A stretch of DNA of 64,000 nt, taken from assembly GCA_963707985.1 (NCBI GenBank), contig CAVPRW010000017.1:256001-320000 (forward strand), in the 5' to 3' direction. The position numbers were made by a program, and so were the translations under genes. The stretch comes from an uncultured Nitrospinota bacterium. Lineage in GTDB: Bacteria > Tectomicrobia > Entotheonellia > J063 > CAVPRW01. The stretch's first letter is position 1. Each line of letters opens with the position of its first letter. The notes beneath the pieces were generated by a model. It saw nothing but the letters and a program-made list of their open reading frames with translations, ran no database searches and was not told the origin of the DNA. Positions 42,703 through 52,948 of the stretch are shown here, piece after piece.

Positions 42703-43473
42703 ATGATGCTGGGTCTGGTGGAGAGCCTTGGTGGCACAGTCATTGGCTGGATCGCGGGCATGGGGCGGATGTTGATCCTGCTCGTCACCGCCTTGTTTTG
42801 GGCCTTTGTCCCTCCATTCCGTTTGTATCGGCTAGCGCGTCAGATTCATTTTATGGGATGGCGGTCCCTGCTCGTCGTGGTTCTCACCGGAGCGTTTACC
42901 GGCATGGTCTTGGGGCTACAGGGTTATTATACATTGAGCAAATTTGGCGCCACCGCGCTGCTCGGCCCGGCGGTCGCCCTCAGCCTCATCCGTGAGATTG
43001 GCCCGGTGCTGTGCGCCCTGGTGGTCACCGGACGGGCAGGCTCGGCGATGGCCGCGGAAATCGGCATCATGCGTATTACCGACCAGATCGATGCGCTCTC
43101 GGTGATGGCGCTCAACCCCACCAAGTACCTGATCAGTCCCAACATCTTAGCGGGGTTGATTACGTTGCCCCTGCTCACTGCCATCGCGGATGTGGTTGGG
43201 ATCTACGGTGGTTATTTGGTGGGCGTGCAGTTATTGGGGGTAGGCCAGGGGGTCTATTTCGGTGAGATGAAAGCGATCTTGGGCATGTACGATATCTCGA
43301 TTGGCTTCTGGAAGTCGTTGAGTTTTGGTCTCATCATCAGTTGGGTCTGCTGCTACAAAGGGTTCTATACCAGGTTTGGAGCCGAAGGGGTCAGTCAGGC
43401 AACGACCGAGGCCGTCGTGCTGTCCTCCGTGTGGATTCTCATTTGCGATTATTTTCTGACCTCAGTGTTGTAG
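42703..43473 (+). CDS. mlaE: MlaE lipid ABC permease
   Basis: REIGPVL.ALVVTGRAGSAMAAEIGIMRITDQIDAL. Confidence 0.9.
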   Translation: MMLGLVESLGGTVIGWIAGMGRMLILLVTALFWAFVPPFRLYRLARQIHFMGWRSLLVVVLTGAFTGMVLGLQGYYTLSKFGATALLGPAVALSLIREIGPVLCALVVTGRAGSAMAAEIGIMRITDQIDALSVMALNPTKYLISPNILAGLITLPLLTAIADVVGIYGGYLVGVQLLGVGQGVYFGEMKAILGMYDISIGFWKSLSFGLIISWVCCYKGFYTRFGAEGVSQATTEAVVLSSVWILICDYFLTSVL

Positions 43474-43480
43474 GTGAGAC

Positions 43481-44227
43481 ATGATTCGGGTGATCGATGT
43501 GCATCAATCGTTTGGCAGTCAGCCGGTCTTGCGGGGGATCAACCTACGCGTGCCGAAGGGAGAGATCCTCGCCATCGTCGGCCGCAGTGGCAGCGGCAAG
43601 ACGGTCCTGCTCAGGCTCATCATCGGTCTTGTGCGGCCGAATCGCGGTCAGATCCTCATTGAAGAGACCGATATCACCCAACTCTCGGGCCGTCGCTTGG
43701 ACCACGTGCGTGAGCGCTTTGGGATGTTGTTTCAAGGTGGCGCCCTGTTCGATTCGATGACCGTCTTCGATAACGTCGCTTTCCCCTTGCGCGAAAAGAC
43801 CAATCTTCCCCAAGCAGAGGTCGTCGCTCAGGTGCAGAAGATGCTTGAGAATGTTGGCCTCGGCGAGATGGGGTACAAGTTTCCTGCCGAATTAAGCGGC
43901 GGCATGAAGAAGCGCACCGCTTTAGCACGTGCCCTCATCACCAATCCCTCGATCATTCTCTTTGATGAGCCGACAACAGGTTTGGATCCTATTCTGGTCC
44001 GCGCGATCCATCAATTAATCCAGGAGACCCACGACGCCTTCGGCTATACGGCTGTGATTGTCAGCCATGAAATCCCCGAGGTCTTTGAGATCGCCACGCG
44101 GGTTGCAGTCATCCATGAGGGGCGGATCATTGCCGAGGGCACCCCGGAGATGATTCTTAAGTCCCCAGATCCATTCATCCAACAATTCATTTCGGGGAGC
44201 CTCGAAGGCCCCGTGCGGCCGCTCTAG
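43481..44227 (+). CDS. mlaF: MlaF ABC ATPase
   Basis: GRSGSGKT, FQGGALFDSMTV, ELSGGMKKR, DEPTTGLDP. Confidence 0.9.
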   Translation: MIRVIDVHQSFGSQPVLRGINLRVPKGEILAIVGRSGSGKTVLLRLIIGLVRPNRGQILIEETDITQLSGRRLDHVRERFGMLFQGGALFDSMTVFDNVAFPLREKTNLPQAEVVAQVQKMLENVGLGEMGYKFPAELSGGMKKRTALARALITNPSIILFDEPTTGLDPILVRAIHQLIQETHDAFGYTAVIVSHEIPEVFEIATRVAVIHEGRIIAEGTPEMILKSPDPFIQQFISGSLEGPVRPL

Positions 44228-44254
44228 TAGCGGCCATCCGGTAGGAAGGGATGT

Positions 44255-44699
44255 ATGATGGCGCGGATCAACACAGAGGTGGCCGTTGGTTTATTCCTGC
44301 TCCTCGGGTTGCTGGCGTTGGGATACCTGGCGATCAAGCTTGGCAAGATGGAAGTGGTGGGCACCAGTGGCTACACCGTGCATGCGACATTCTCGAATGT
44401 CGCTGGCCTGCGGGTTGGCTCTCCTGTGGAAATCGCCGGGGTGGATATCGGCTGGGTGGAGGCTATCCGTCTGCAGGAATTATCAGGCCGTCGTGGCTTT
44501 TCGCATCAAAGATGAGGTGCAACTCCCCGAGGACTCGATTGCCTCTATTCGCACCAAGGGTCTCATTGGTGAACAATTGGTCAAGATCGCGCCGGGAGGA
44601 GCTGAGAAAAATCTTCAACCGGGGGATGAGATCAAAGAAACGGAGCCGCCGGTGGATATCATGGAACTGATTGCCAACTACGCCTTTGGGAAAATCTAA
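44255..44699 (+). CDS. mlaD: MlaD/MCE protein (frameshift ~44478)
   Basis: EVAVGLF, FSNVAGLRVGSPVEIAGV, then ASIRTKGLIGE in the next frame. Confidence 0.85.
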
Positions 44700-44770
44700 C
44701 CTCACTCAACTGAAAGATATCTGGACGCAGAGCTGGCGGCCAGTCAGTGGCAATAGAGAAGGAGAACCGT

Positions 44771-45412
44771 ATGCACAGTATTGCACGCGGCAGAATCATG
44801 CTTCTGCTCAGTACAGTCTGGCTCGGAGTGATCGGGCAGGTCATGGCCGGCGAACCTACGGACCTGGTTCGGCAGACTACCGATCAGGTCTTGAATGTTT
44901 TTGACGACCCGCAATTCCAGGCCCCCAACCGGCAGGCCGAGCGCCAGGAGCGGTTGCACAAACTCGCCGATCAAGTCTTCGACTGGCAGGAAATTGCCCG
45001 GCGGGCGCTGGCGGTGCACTGGCGCGAGCGCACGCCGCAGGAACAGCAGGAATTCGTCAAGCTCTTCAGGGACCTCGTCGAGGGCACCTATCTGAATCGC
45101 CTCGAGACCGCGGCCCAGGAAAAACGCGACATCCAGTATGTCGGCGAACAGCTGGATGGGGATCGAGCCGCGGTCAAGACGAACGTGGTGACACGACGCA
45201 ATCAACAGGTACCCATCGAATACCGGTTGCATAAAGTCGCTGGGCGCTGGCTGATCTATGATGTGCTGGTCGAGGGCATCAGCTTGGTCAATAACTATCG
45301 GTCGCAGTTCAACCGCATCATTACGAGCTCGTCGTATCAAGAGTTGGTCCAAAAAATGAAAACTAGACAAGTGGACGAACCCTCTGGTAAGCCGGAGCGC
45401 AAGGTACAATAG
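44771..45412 (+). CDS. mlaC: MlaC/Ttg2D periplasmic lipid carrier (family includes HpnM)
   Basis: FDWQEIARRALA.HW, WLIYDVLVEGISLVNNYRSQF. Confidence 0.85.
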   Translation: MHSIARGRIMLLLSTVWLGVIGQVMAGEPTDLVRQTTDQVLNVFDDPQFQAPNRQAERQERLHKLADQVFDWQEIARRALAVHWRERTPQEQQEFVKLFRDLVEGTYLNRLETAAQEKRDIQYVGEQLDGDRAAVKTNVVTRRNQQVPIEYRLHKVAGRWLIYDVLVEGISLVNNYRSQFNRIITSSSYQELVQKMKTRQVDEPSGKPERKVQ

Positions 45413-45481
45413 CGTCGCAAGCAGAGCTGTCCGGGGAGGGGGCGCCTCACCCCTCCCGACGCTGTCGTGCCCAGCGCTCTC

Positions 45482-46573
45482 CTATGTTGCCAACACTTCT
45501 GTCAATGCCGCCAGAAACCCCTGGAACTGCTCAATGGTATGGTGTCCCATGTTGGCAACCCGGAAGACCCTAGAGGAGAGGTCCCCCTGCCCTGCATAGA
45601 TCACATAGCCCCGCGCCTTCAGGGCGTCATGCAAGGCGACATAGGTGAAGCCTGCTGGGAGCTCAAGCGACGTGATGGTATTGGAGCGCAGGTCTGGGGG
45701 CAAGAGGCATTTCAGCCCCAGGGATTCAAAACCATCTCGCAATAAGTGCGCAGCGGTTCGATAGCGCGCGATGCGGCGCGCGACCCCTTCTTCGAGCAGT
45801 TCCTGCAGGGCTTCATCAAACGCATACATGACTTGAATCGCTGGCGTAAAAGGTGTGCTCTGGCCCTGCTGGTGAGCGTACAGCATGGGCAGATGAAAAT
45901 ACAGCGTACGTGGGGGAAAATCTTGCATACGCTGCATCTCACTGTTCTTCACCAGGACGAACGACACTCCGGGTAACCCTTGGATGCACTTGTTGGCGGT
46001 GCCGATGCACAGGCCAATGCCGGCCCCCGCCAGGTCGATCTCCTCACCCCCCAGGCCGCTAATGGAATCGACCAGCAACACCCGCCCGTGCTGCGCGACC
46101 ATCTCCCCAATAGCTGTGATGGGGTTCAGCAAGCCGGTCGTCGTTTCGTGGTGGACCAGGCATACCACCTCGATAGAGGCGTCATCACGCAGCATTCGAG
46201 CGATCTGCCCCAGGTCTGGCGGACTTGTCCATGGACAGGTCAACTCCACGACCTCAAGACCATGAATCGACGCCATTTGCGCCAGACGCGCCCCATAGAC
46301 GCCGTTGTTGATGACCAGCATTTTCCGTTGGGGATGCAATGCAGAGGCGACGGCCGCCTCCATGGCTGCAGTCCCCGAGCCTGTCAGGAGGACGGCGGTA
46401 TAGTCACCCTCAGCAGCGAAGGCATGGCACAACAGTTCGCGGACACGGCTCTGCAAGACGCTGAATTCATCCTCACGATGGCATAAATCGCCCCGCAGTA
46501 GCGCCTGGGACACTCGTGGCGAGACGTTCACCGGTCCGGGATTTAAGAGCATGGTGCGACCAGAGGTGAGCAT
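45482..46573 (-). CDS. Class V PLP aminotransferase, 2-aminoethylphosphonate transaminase (PhnW/AepZ)-like
   Basis: LLNPGPV, DLCHREDEF, GSGTAAMEA, VHHETTTG, ANKCIQGLPG, IYAGQG. Confidence 0.8.
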   Translation of the reverse strand: MLTSGRTMLLNPGPVNVSPRVSQALLRGDLCHREDEFSVLQSRVRELLCHAFAAEGDYTAVLLTGSGTAAMEAAVASALHPQRKMLVINNGVYGARLAQMASIHGLEVVELTCPWTSPPDLGQIARMLRDDASIEVVCLVHHETTTGLLNPITAIGEMVAQHGRVLLVDSISGLGGEEIDLAGAGIGLCIGTANKCIQGLPGVSFVLVKNSEMQRMQDFPPRTLYFHLPMLYAHQQGQSTPFTPAIQVMYAFDEALQELLEEGVARRIARYRTAAHLLRDGFESLGLKCLLPPDLRSNTITSLELPAGFTYVALHDALKARGYVIYAGQGDLSSRVFRVANMGHHTIEQFQGFLAALTEVLAT

Positions 46574-46590
46574 AGGTTAGACTCCCCATA

Positions 46591-47784
46591 TCATCGAGGT
46601 GCAGCTGCGCCATGGCCAAAGAAAAGGCTCCAGCTCATGAATAGAGCAAAATCGGCGGTCCGATTGGTATCATTCAGGTCCTCCATGAATCCGGCTTGCC
46701 AGACAACCGGCAACCCAGGAAGCGTCCAGTTGAAGCCGGCCAGGATTTCGTAGGTTGGCTGGTCGATGTCGAGGCCGCTGTTACGCACCGGCGGCGTGAT
46801 ACCATTGAGCTGGAGCAGGATGGAGAAGCGCTTGGTGAGACGGTATTCCCCGGTGAGGAAGGTGGAAAGCATCGGCACACTGTCGATGCCGGTCCCAGCA
46901 AACGGGTTGCCCGTGGGGATGGTCAAGCCGGTGTTGAAGTATAGTCGTACCGGGCCGAACGTTTTTTCGAGGGCCACTCCCAATGCGACGTCCACCTCCC
47001 CACTGCCCAGCGCCCGGTCCTCGTCACCGGTTGGCAGTTTCAGGGCAAAGCGCCCAGCGATGGCTGGGGCCAGCTGCCCCTCCTTACGGAGCAACGCCTT
47101 AGCACTGAGGCCGATGTCACCGATGCCGACTGCGCCGGACGTGCCTTTGAGGGCGGTCCTACCGTTGTTATTAAGGATGTAATCGAAGAGATTCTGCGGA
47201 CGCTCGAAGCGAATCGTGCGTTTGAAGCCTGTGAAATCCTCAAACCCTTCAATAGGCCCGTCCAAAAAACCCTTCCAGGTATACAGCAGGGGAATGTCCA
47301 ATCCGACCGCCAGTTGATCGATCACCCCGTATTGTAGAGCAAGGTTGGCGCGGGTCAGCTCGAAATCGAAGAGGAACGAGTCATTCCCATTCTGATCGCG
47401 AGCCAAGATATTGGCCTCTACCAGGTCGAAGCGGATATTCCACATCCCGCGCGGCAGGGGAATGGCGCGCTCCGGTGTAAACTGAAAGTATAACAGTTGG
47501 ATGGGGGAAAGACTACGGACGGGAAATGGACCGCCGACCACGGCGGTCGATGGTAATTCTCGTGGCGATTCTTGTGCTGGTGTAGGCTGGGCGCACAAGG
47601 GAGCGGTGAGGATGGCATGGATGCAGCCCAGAACCAGCCACCATTGTGCCGATCGGTTTACAAGGGAAACACATCGGAGTATCGTGCCTATTCGACTTGG
47701 GCTGGGAGGGATGTCTTGAGAACAGGGCAACCTACCTGCGGTGATCCCCCCATAGGTGGCGTGCATCCTCTCTCCTTCGCGCAT
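46591..47784 (-). CDS. Putative outer-membrane beta-barrel (DUF3187-like); start uncertain
   Basis: PFPVRSLSPIQLLY, GFLDGPIEGF, GIGDIGL, LKLPTGD...LGSG, amphipathic C-terminal strand. Confidence 0.6.
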   Translation of the reverse strand: MREGERMHATYGGITAGRLPCSQDIPPSPSRIGTILRCVSLVNRSAQWWLVLGCIHAILTAPLCAQPTPAQESPRELPSTAVVGGPFPVRSLSPIQLLYFQFTPERAIPLPRGMWNIRFDLVEANILARDQNGNDSFLFDFELTRANLALQYGVIDQLAVGLDIPLLYTWKGFLDGPIEGFEDFTGFKRTIRFERPQNLFDYILNNNGRTALKGTSGAVGIGDIGLSAKALLRKEGQLAPAIAGRFALKLPTGDEDRALGSGEVDVALGVALEKTFGPVRLYFNTGLTIPTGNPFAGTGIDSVPMLSTFLTGEYRLTKRFSILLQLNGITPPVRNSGLDIDQPTYEILAGFNWTLPGLPVVWQAGFMEDLNDTNRTADFALFMSWSLFFGHGAAAPR

Positions 47785-48120
47785 GAGCTATCGCACGAGC
47801 GCGCCGATATCCAGATGCGAGACCTCAACAGGAAACGACACAGTTTCGGGCGGTCCCTCAGGGTGTACGCACTCTAACAAGATTCACGCCACGCGGCAAC
47901 TCCTTGACAGCGGCGCGAGGTCTATATCATAGACTCCACAGATATCTACAAGGCAGGATTTAGCCTCTACATTGGGCAGAATTCCCTTGACAGACGGTCC
48001 TTTTACAGGGTATATGATGCTGCACTTCCAGCCAAGCGGCGGAGGGTTTTGGAGGTTAGAAGAGGCTTCCGACTGGTTTCAGTGGGTCAAAGGTAGCGGT
48101 GCGTCAGCGGCGATTGTAGG

Positions 48121-50128
48121 TTGCAGGAGCACATCGGAGTGCCAGGGCCGACAACATCGAGGAGGTCTCCCATCACCACACATCCGCTCTCAGCCACCGT
48201 GGCAGACGCTTCCAGCTCCGGCGAGTGGATCAAGCGCGTCAGCGAGGCAGCTGCCCGATCGCAACACTTCTTTCTCACCACACAGGACCCGGAAGGCTTC
48301 TGGATGGGTGAGTTGCAGTCCAATGTTACCATCATTGCCGAATACATCATGTTTCAGCACTTTCTCGGCCACCGCGACCCCAAGCGACTCCGCAAAGCTG
48401 TGCGGCACATCCTCGCGGACGCAGTTGCCGGATGGCGGTTGGAATATTTATTTCGGCGGCCCTAGCGAGCTCAGCGCCACCGTTGAAGCGTATTTTGCCC
48501 TGAAATTGGCAGGACACCCCACGGATGATGCCTGTATGCAACGGGCCTGTCAACTGATCAGGAGCAAAGGCGGCGTGGAGCAAAGTCGAGTCTTCACCAA
48601 GATCAACCTGGCATTGTTCGGCCAGTATACCTGGGAGGGCATCCCCAGCATGCCGGTGGAGATGATGTTTTTGCCGACGGGCTTTTACTTCAACATCTAC
48701 GAATTTTCCAGCTGGTCGCGCAGCGTCATCGTGCCGTTGATGATCATCTTCGCGCAAAAGCCACAGGTCAAACTTGACGGCTTTCCAGGTATCGATGAGC
48801 TTTACGCCTCTCCGCCTGATCAACGACACGCCGCCGTAGAGTGGTCGGATGAGTTGGTGAGTTGGCGTAATGTCTTCGTCCTCGCCGACCGCGCTTTGAA
48901 GATCCTCGAACGCCGGACGATTCCTGTCGTGCGAGCTGCGGCCATCCGCCGAGCCGAGCAATGGATCCTCAACCACCAAGATTTGACTGGCGATTGGGGG
49001 GGGATCATGCCAGCCATGATGAACTCGGTGCTGGCCCTGTTGAGCTTGGGCTATAAGCCGACCGATCCGGTGATTGTCAAGGGACTCGAGGCCATTGAAC
49101 GCTTTGGCATTGAAACCAACAGCGAATTCCGTTTACAGTCCTGCGTGTCCCCCGTCTGGGATACCGCCATTACGGTGATTGCTCTAACCGACTCTGGTTT
49201 ACATGCGACCCACCCGGCTTTGACGAAGGCGGCGGACTGGCTAGTCAGCAAGCAGGTCCTCCGCAAGGGGGATTGGGCCGTCAAGAATCGCAAGGGCAAG
49301 CCAGGAGGTTGGTCGTTCGAGTTCTTCAACGATTTCTTCCCCGACAACGATGATACCGCCATGGTCTTGCTCGCCCTGCGCCACGTGCGTGTGCCTGACG
49401 AGCAAACCCTGAAAGAAGCCTGTCAGCGCGGCCTCGCCTGGCTCCTCAGCATGCAATGTGACGATGGCGGCTGGGGAGCGTTTGATATGAACAATAACCG
49501 TCGCCTGCTCAATCATATCCCCTTCGCTGACCTCGAATCGCTCCTTGATCCGAGCACGAGTGATGTGACCGGTCGCGTCGTGGAACTCCTCGCGAAACTT
49601 GGCTACCCCCGACAACATCCGGTGATCCGACGGGCGTTGCGCTTCCTGCGCAAGGATCAGTGCGAGGATGGGTCATGGTATGGGCGCTGGGGGGTGAATT
49701 ATATCTATGGCACCTGGGCGGTGCTGACGGGCCTGCGGGCACTCGGTGAAGATTTTTCCCAAGGGTATATCCAGCGTGCCATACGCTGGGTGGAGCGCTG
49801 CCAGAATTGTGACGGTGGGTGGGGTGAGAGCTGCGAGACCTACGTCAACCTGCAGACGAAGGGGAAGGGGAAGAGCACATCCTCACAAACGGCGTGGGCC
49901 GTGATGACCTTGATCGAGAGCGGTCGAGTGCGTTCGCCAACAGTGGAGTTGGGCATACGATTCCTCATAGAGCATCAACAGAGGGATGGCACGTGGGCAG
50001 AGGAAGAATATACCGGCACGGGCTTTCCCAAGCACTTTTATATCAACTACCACCTGTATCGGAATTACTTTCCGCTGATGGCACTCGCTCGTTATCGCTC
50101 CACGCTGACCGAAGGTAAAGCGGGGTGA
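48121..50128 (+). CDS. shc: Squalene-hopene cyclase (frameshift ~48420; start approximate)
   Basis: QDPEGFW.GEL, QW repeats (QLPDGGW, QCDDGGWGAF, QCEDGSWYGRWG), SPVWDT, catalytic DNDDTA (DxDD), TGTGFP. Confidence 0.93.
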
Positions 50129-50901
50129 GCGGCATTGGCGTGGTCGTTGCTCTGCCGCGTGAGATCCCCGCGGGCTTCCTCTGCTCTGCCAATCGCCAGT
50201 ACGTGGAAACACATTCCTATCCCATCTACCGCGCTGCGGCGGCGCAGCATGTGATCGTGCAAGCTGGCGTGGGGCGCACACGGGCCGCCGCAGCTGCTCG
50301 GATGCTGATCCGTCACTTTTCCCCTCAGGGTTTGGTGAGCTTTGGCTTTGCAGGAGGTCTCGCCCCTTGGCTTGCCCGAGGCACTATCGTCATTGGCACA
50401 GAGGTGGTGGGCGAGGATGGGGTCGGTCAGTGGCCGATGGCAAGTCGTGACCTGGTTGAGCAATTCGGCGCGGCCGCCGTTGCTGAAGAGCTGCCAACGC
50501 AGCAAGGCAAACTGGTCACCAGCCGCTGTATTGTTGCCGATTCCGCTGCTAAAGCCGACCTGCGGGAGAAGAGCGGGGCGTGTGCGGTGGATATGGAAAC
50601 GCTTGGGATCGTCGAAGCGGCGGACGAAGCCAGTCTACCATGGGTGGCCATACGGGCCATTGTCGACAGCGCGTCGGATACGTTGCCACCGGCCTGTCTC
50701 AGAACCCTGCATGCGGATGGCCATGTGGCGATGGGGCGGCTGTTATGGATGATGTGCCGATCACCTCTGGTGTTGCGCCACTTGGTGCGGCTGGCAGATC
50801 ACACGGCTCTCGCCCGTCGTCATCTTTCACAAACTTTTGACCGCTGGGCCAAGAGCCGCGTCGTGCCAGTTCCTCAAACGCCCAGGAGAAGTCTCCTATG
50901 A
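50125..50901 (+). CDS. hpnG: HpnG-like nucleosidase/phosphorylase (PNP_UDP family)
   Basis: GVG..RA, LVSFGFAGGL, AVDMET, IRAIVD; GTGA overlap with shc. Confidence 0.75.
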   Translation: MSGIGVVVALPREIPAGFLCSANRQYVETHSYPIYRAAAAQHVIVQAGVGRTRAAAAARMLIRHFSPQGLVSFGFAGGLAPWLARGTIVIGTEVVGEDGVGQWPMASRDLVEQFGAAAVAEELPTQQGKLVTSRCIVADSAAKADLREKSGACAVDMETLGIVEAADEASLPWVAIRAIVDSASDTLPPACLRTLHADGHVAMGRLLWMMCRSPLVLRHLVRLADHTALARRHLSQTFDRWAKSRVVPVPQTPRRSLL

Positions 50902-51902
50902 AAACGCTGGTCACCGGCGGCACAGGTTTCGTCGGAGCCAATGTGGTACGGGCGCTCATGAAGCGCGGAGTTGAGGTGCGCGGACTGGTACGGCCCCGCA
51001 GTGACACCCAGAATCTCGATAGCCTTGATATCGAGCTGGTGGCAGGAGATTTACGCGACCGCGGTTCTTTAGAGGCGGCACTCGAGGGGTGTGACACGCT
51101 GTACCACGTGGCGGCTATGTATGCCCTCTGGGCGCGGAATCCCCGTGAGCTCTACGACAGCAACGTGACCGGCACCATTAATATCTTGGAGGCTGCCAAA
51201 CAGGCTGGGGTGCAGAAAATCGTTTATACCAGCAGCGTTGCCACCATTGGGTTGCCGAAAGATGGGACACCGGGCACCGAGCAAATCCCGCTACCCCATG
51301 AGGATCTGGTCAGTGATTACAAGCGCTCCAAATATCTCGCTGAGCAGGAGGTTCTGAAGTATGCCCAGCAGGGCCTCCCCGTGGTCATTGTGAATCCCAG
51401 CTTCCCAGTGGGGGCCTGGGATGTAAAGCCCACCCCAAGCGGCCAGATCATCGTGAATTTCTTGCGTGGCAAGATCCCGGCATATGTGGATACCGGCCTA
51501 AACGTCGTCGACGTTGAAGATGTTGCCATGGGACATATCATGGCGGCAGAGAGAGGGCACCCCGGCGAGCGCTATATTCTGGGGCATGCAAACCTTACCC
51601 TGCCGGAGTTATTCCAGCTGCTGGCGCAGGTCTCTGGTATGAGTGCCCCACGCATCCGCATTCCGTATGGCGTTGCCTATCTGTCTGCCTGCGTCAGCGA
51701 GATTGTAGCCCGAACTATCACACACAAACCACCCTTCGCGACGCTGGCTGGGGTGAAGTTGTCCCGTAAGCGTATGTTTTTCGACGCCTCAAAGGCGGTG
51801 CGGGAATTGGGGCTGCCACAGACACCCGCGATCGAAGCCGTGCGCAAGGCTGTGCACTGGTTCCGGACACATGGGTACGCCAAAGAACGTGCTGAGACAT
51901 GA
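50898..51902 (+). CDS. hpnA: Hopanoid-associated NAD-dependent epimerase/dehydratase
   Basis: VTGGTGFVG, HVAAMY.LW, YKRSK, DVKPTPSG, YVDTGLN; ATGA overlap. Confidence 0.85.
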   Translation: MKTLVTGGTGFVGANVVRALMKRGVEVRGLVRPRSDTQNLDSLDIELVAGDLRDRGSLEAALEGCDTLYHVAAMYALWARNPRELYDSNVTGTINILEAAKQAGVQKIVYTSSVATIGLPKDGTPGTEQIPLPHEDLVSDYKRSKYLAEQEVLKYAQQGLPVVIVNPSFPVGAWDVKPTPSGQIIVNFLRGKIPAYVDTGLNVVDVEDVAMGHIMAAERGHPGERYILGHANLTLPELFQLLAQVSGMSAPRIRIPYGVAYLSACVSEIVARTITHKPPFATLAGVKLSRKRMFFDASKAVRELGLPQTPAIEAVRKAVHWFRTHGYAKERAET

Positions 51903-51909
51903 GCGTTGA

Positions 51910-52941
51910 GTGATGAGAACACTTGAGGTGATTAAGAAGGCCGATAGGTTACCGGTGTCTAGGGCTATGTGTCTGCCAAATATCCCCCCACAGGATGTTG
52001 TGCTCGGCACTCAATCCGCAGCGCTCAGCATTAGCTTGAGAAGGGAGGATGGTCTGGAAGTTCTGTCGTTGCTGCTCGGTTCGCTGACTCTACGCCCCTA
52101 TGTATTTTTCTTTCTGGCGGTTTATCTGGTGGTCAGCAGTCTTCACTTGGGCTATCTTCGTACTGCTATCCTGTTCTTTCTGACCTGGGGCATCGCTTTC
52201 CTCTCCGAGTTCAGCGCCACGCGAAATGGTTTCCCGTACGGTTACTATGAATATCTAACCGACACGCGTGAGGTCGAATTGTGGATCTCGAACGTGCCAT
52301 TCTTTGATAGCCTGGCCTACACGTTCATTGCTTATGCGGCGTATTCGATGGCGCTGCTCGCCTATGCACCAATTCTCCGCCGCGGGGCCGACATCCAGTT
52401 GGTCGAGACCCATCGGCTGCGTCAATCCCTGCCGGTGTCTCTGCTGACCGTGGTCTTTTTTGTCTTCCTTGACATCGTCGTGGACCCCGTAGCACTGCGG
52501 GGTTCACGGTGGTTTCTCGGACAGATTTTCTGGTATCCCGAGGGCGGGATGTATTTTGGCGTACCATTGTCCAACTTCGGCGGTTGGGCGATCGTCGGCA
52601 CTGCGATTATCCTGCTGTACCAGGGCATCGATCGTCTGCTGGTGAGACGCGGCTGGGGGAGCAATGCGGGGGTTCGCTACGTACCGGGCAAAGCCCTGTG
52701 GGGGCCGATCCTGTACTATCTCTTGCTAGTGTTCAACCTGACGGTTACCTTCATCATCGATGAACCCTTACTGGGCTGCGTTGGGGTGCTGATCTTCACC
52801 CCGATCACCATGCTCATGCTTACACTGCTCTTTAAGCCTGCCAATCAAGCGACGACGGAAGAGCTTGTCGCACATCTTGAAGATTTCCCTGGCTCATCCC
52901 TGACCCGATGGCCTTGGGGCATGGGAAATTGGAAGCAATAA
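51910..52941 (+). CDS. CruF-like (carotenoid biosynthesis/DUF422) membrane protein; true start possibly ~52054
   Basis: GFPYGYYEY, VPFFDSL, LDIVVDPVA, YFGVPLSNFGGW. Confidence 0.7.
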   Translation: MMRTLEVIKKADRLPVSRAMCLPNIPPQDVVLGTQSAALSISLRREDGLEVLSLLLGSLTLRPYVFFFLAVYLVVSSLHLGYLRTAILFFLTWGIAFLSEFSATRNGFPYGYYEYLTDTREVELWISNVPFFDSLAYTFIAYAAYSMALLAYAPILRRGADIQLVETHRLRQSLPVSLLTVVFFVFLDIVVDPVALRGSRWFLGQIFWYPEGGMYFGVPLSNFGGWAIVGTAIILLYQGIDRLLVRRGWGSNAGVRYVPGKALWGPILYYLLLVFNLTVTFIIDEPLLGCVGVLIFTPITMLMLTLLFKPANQATTEELVAHLEDFPGSSLTRWPWGMGNWKQ

Positions 52942-52948
52942 GGGAAGG

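Noticed and set aside
45482..46573. AEP catabolism (PhnW-PhnX/PhnA)
   Set aside because: No phosphonatase, phosphonoacetate hydrolase or phosphonate transporter nearby; neighbours are biosynthetic.
47902..48018. Tandem TTGACA boxes as shc promoters
   Set aside because: Spacing to plausible -10 hexamers (15 and 20 nt) is off-consensus, so they are not called.
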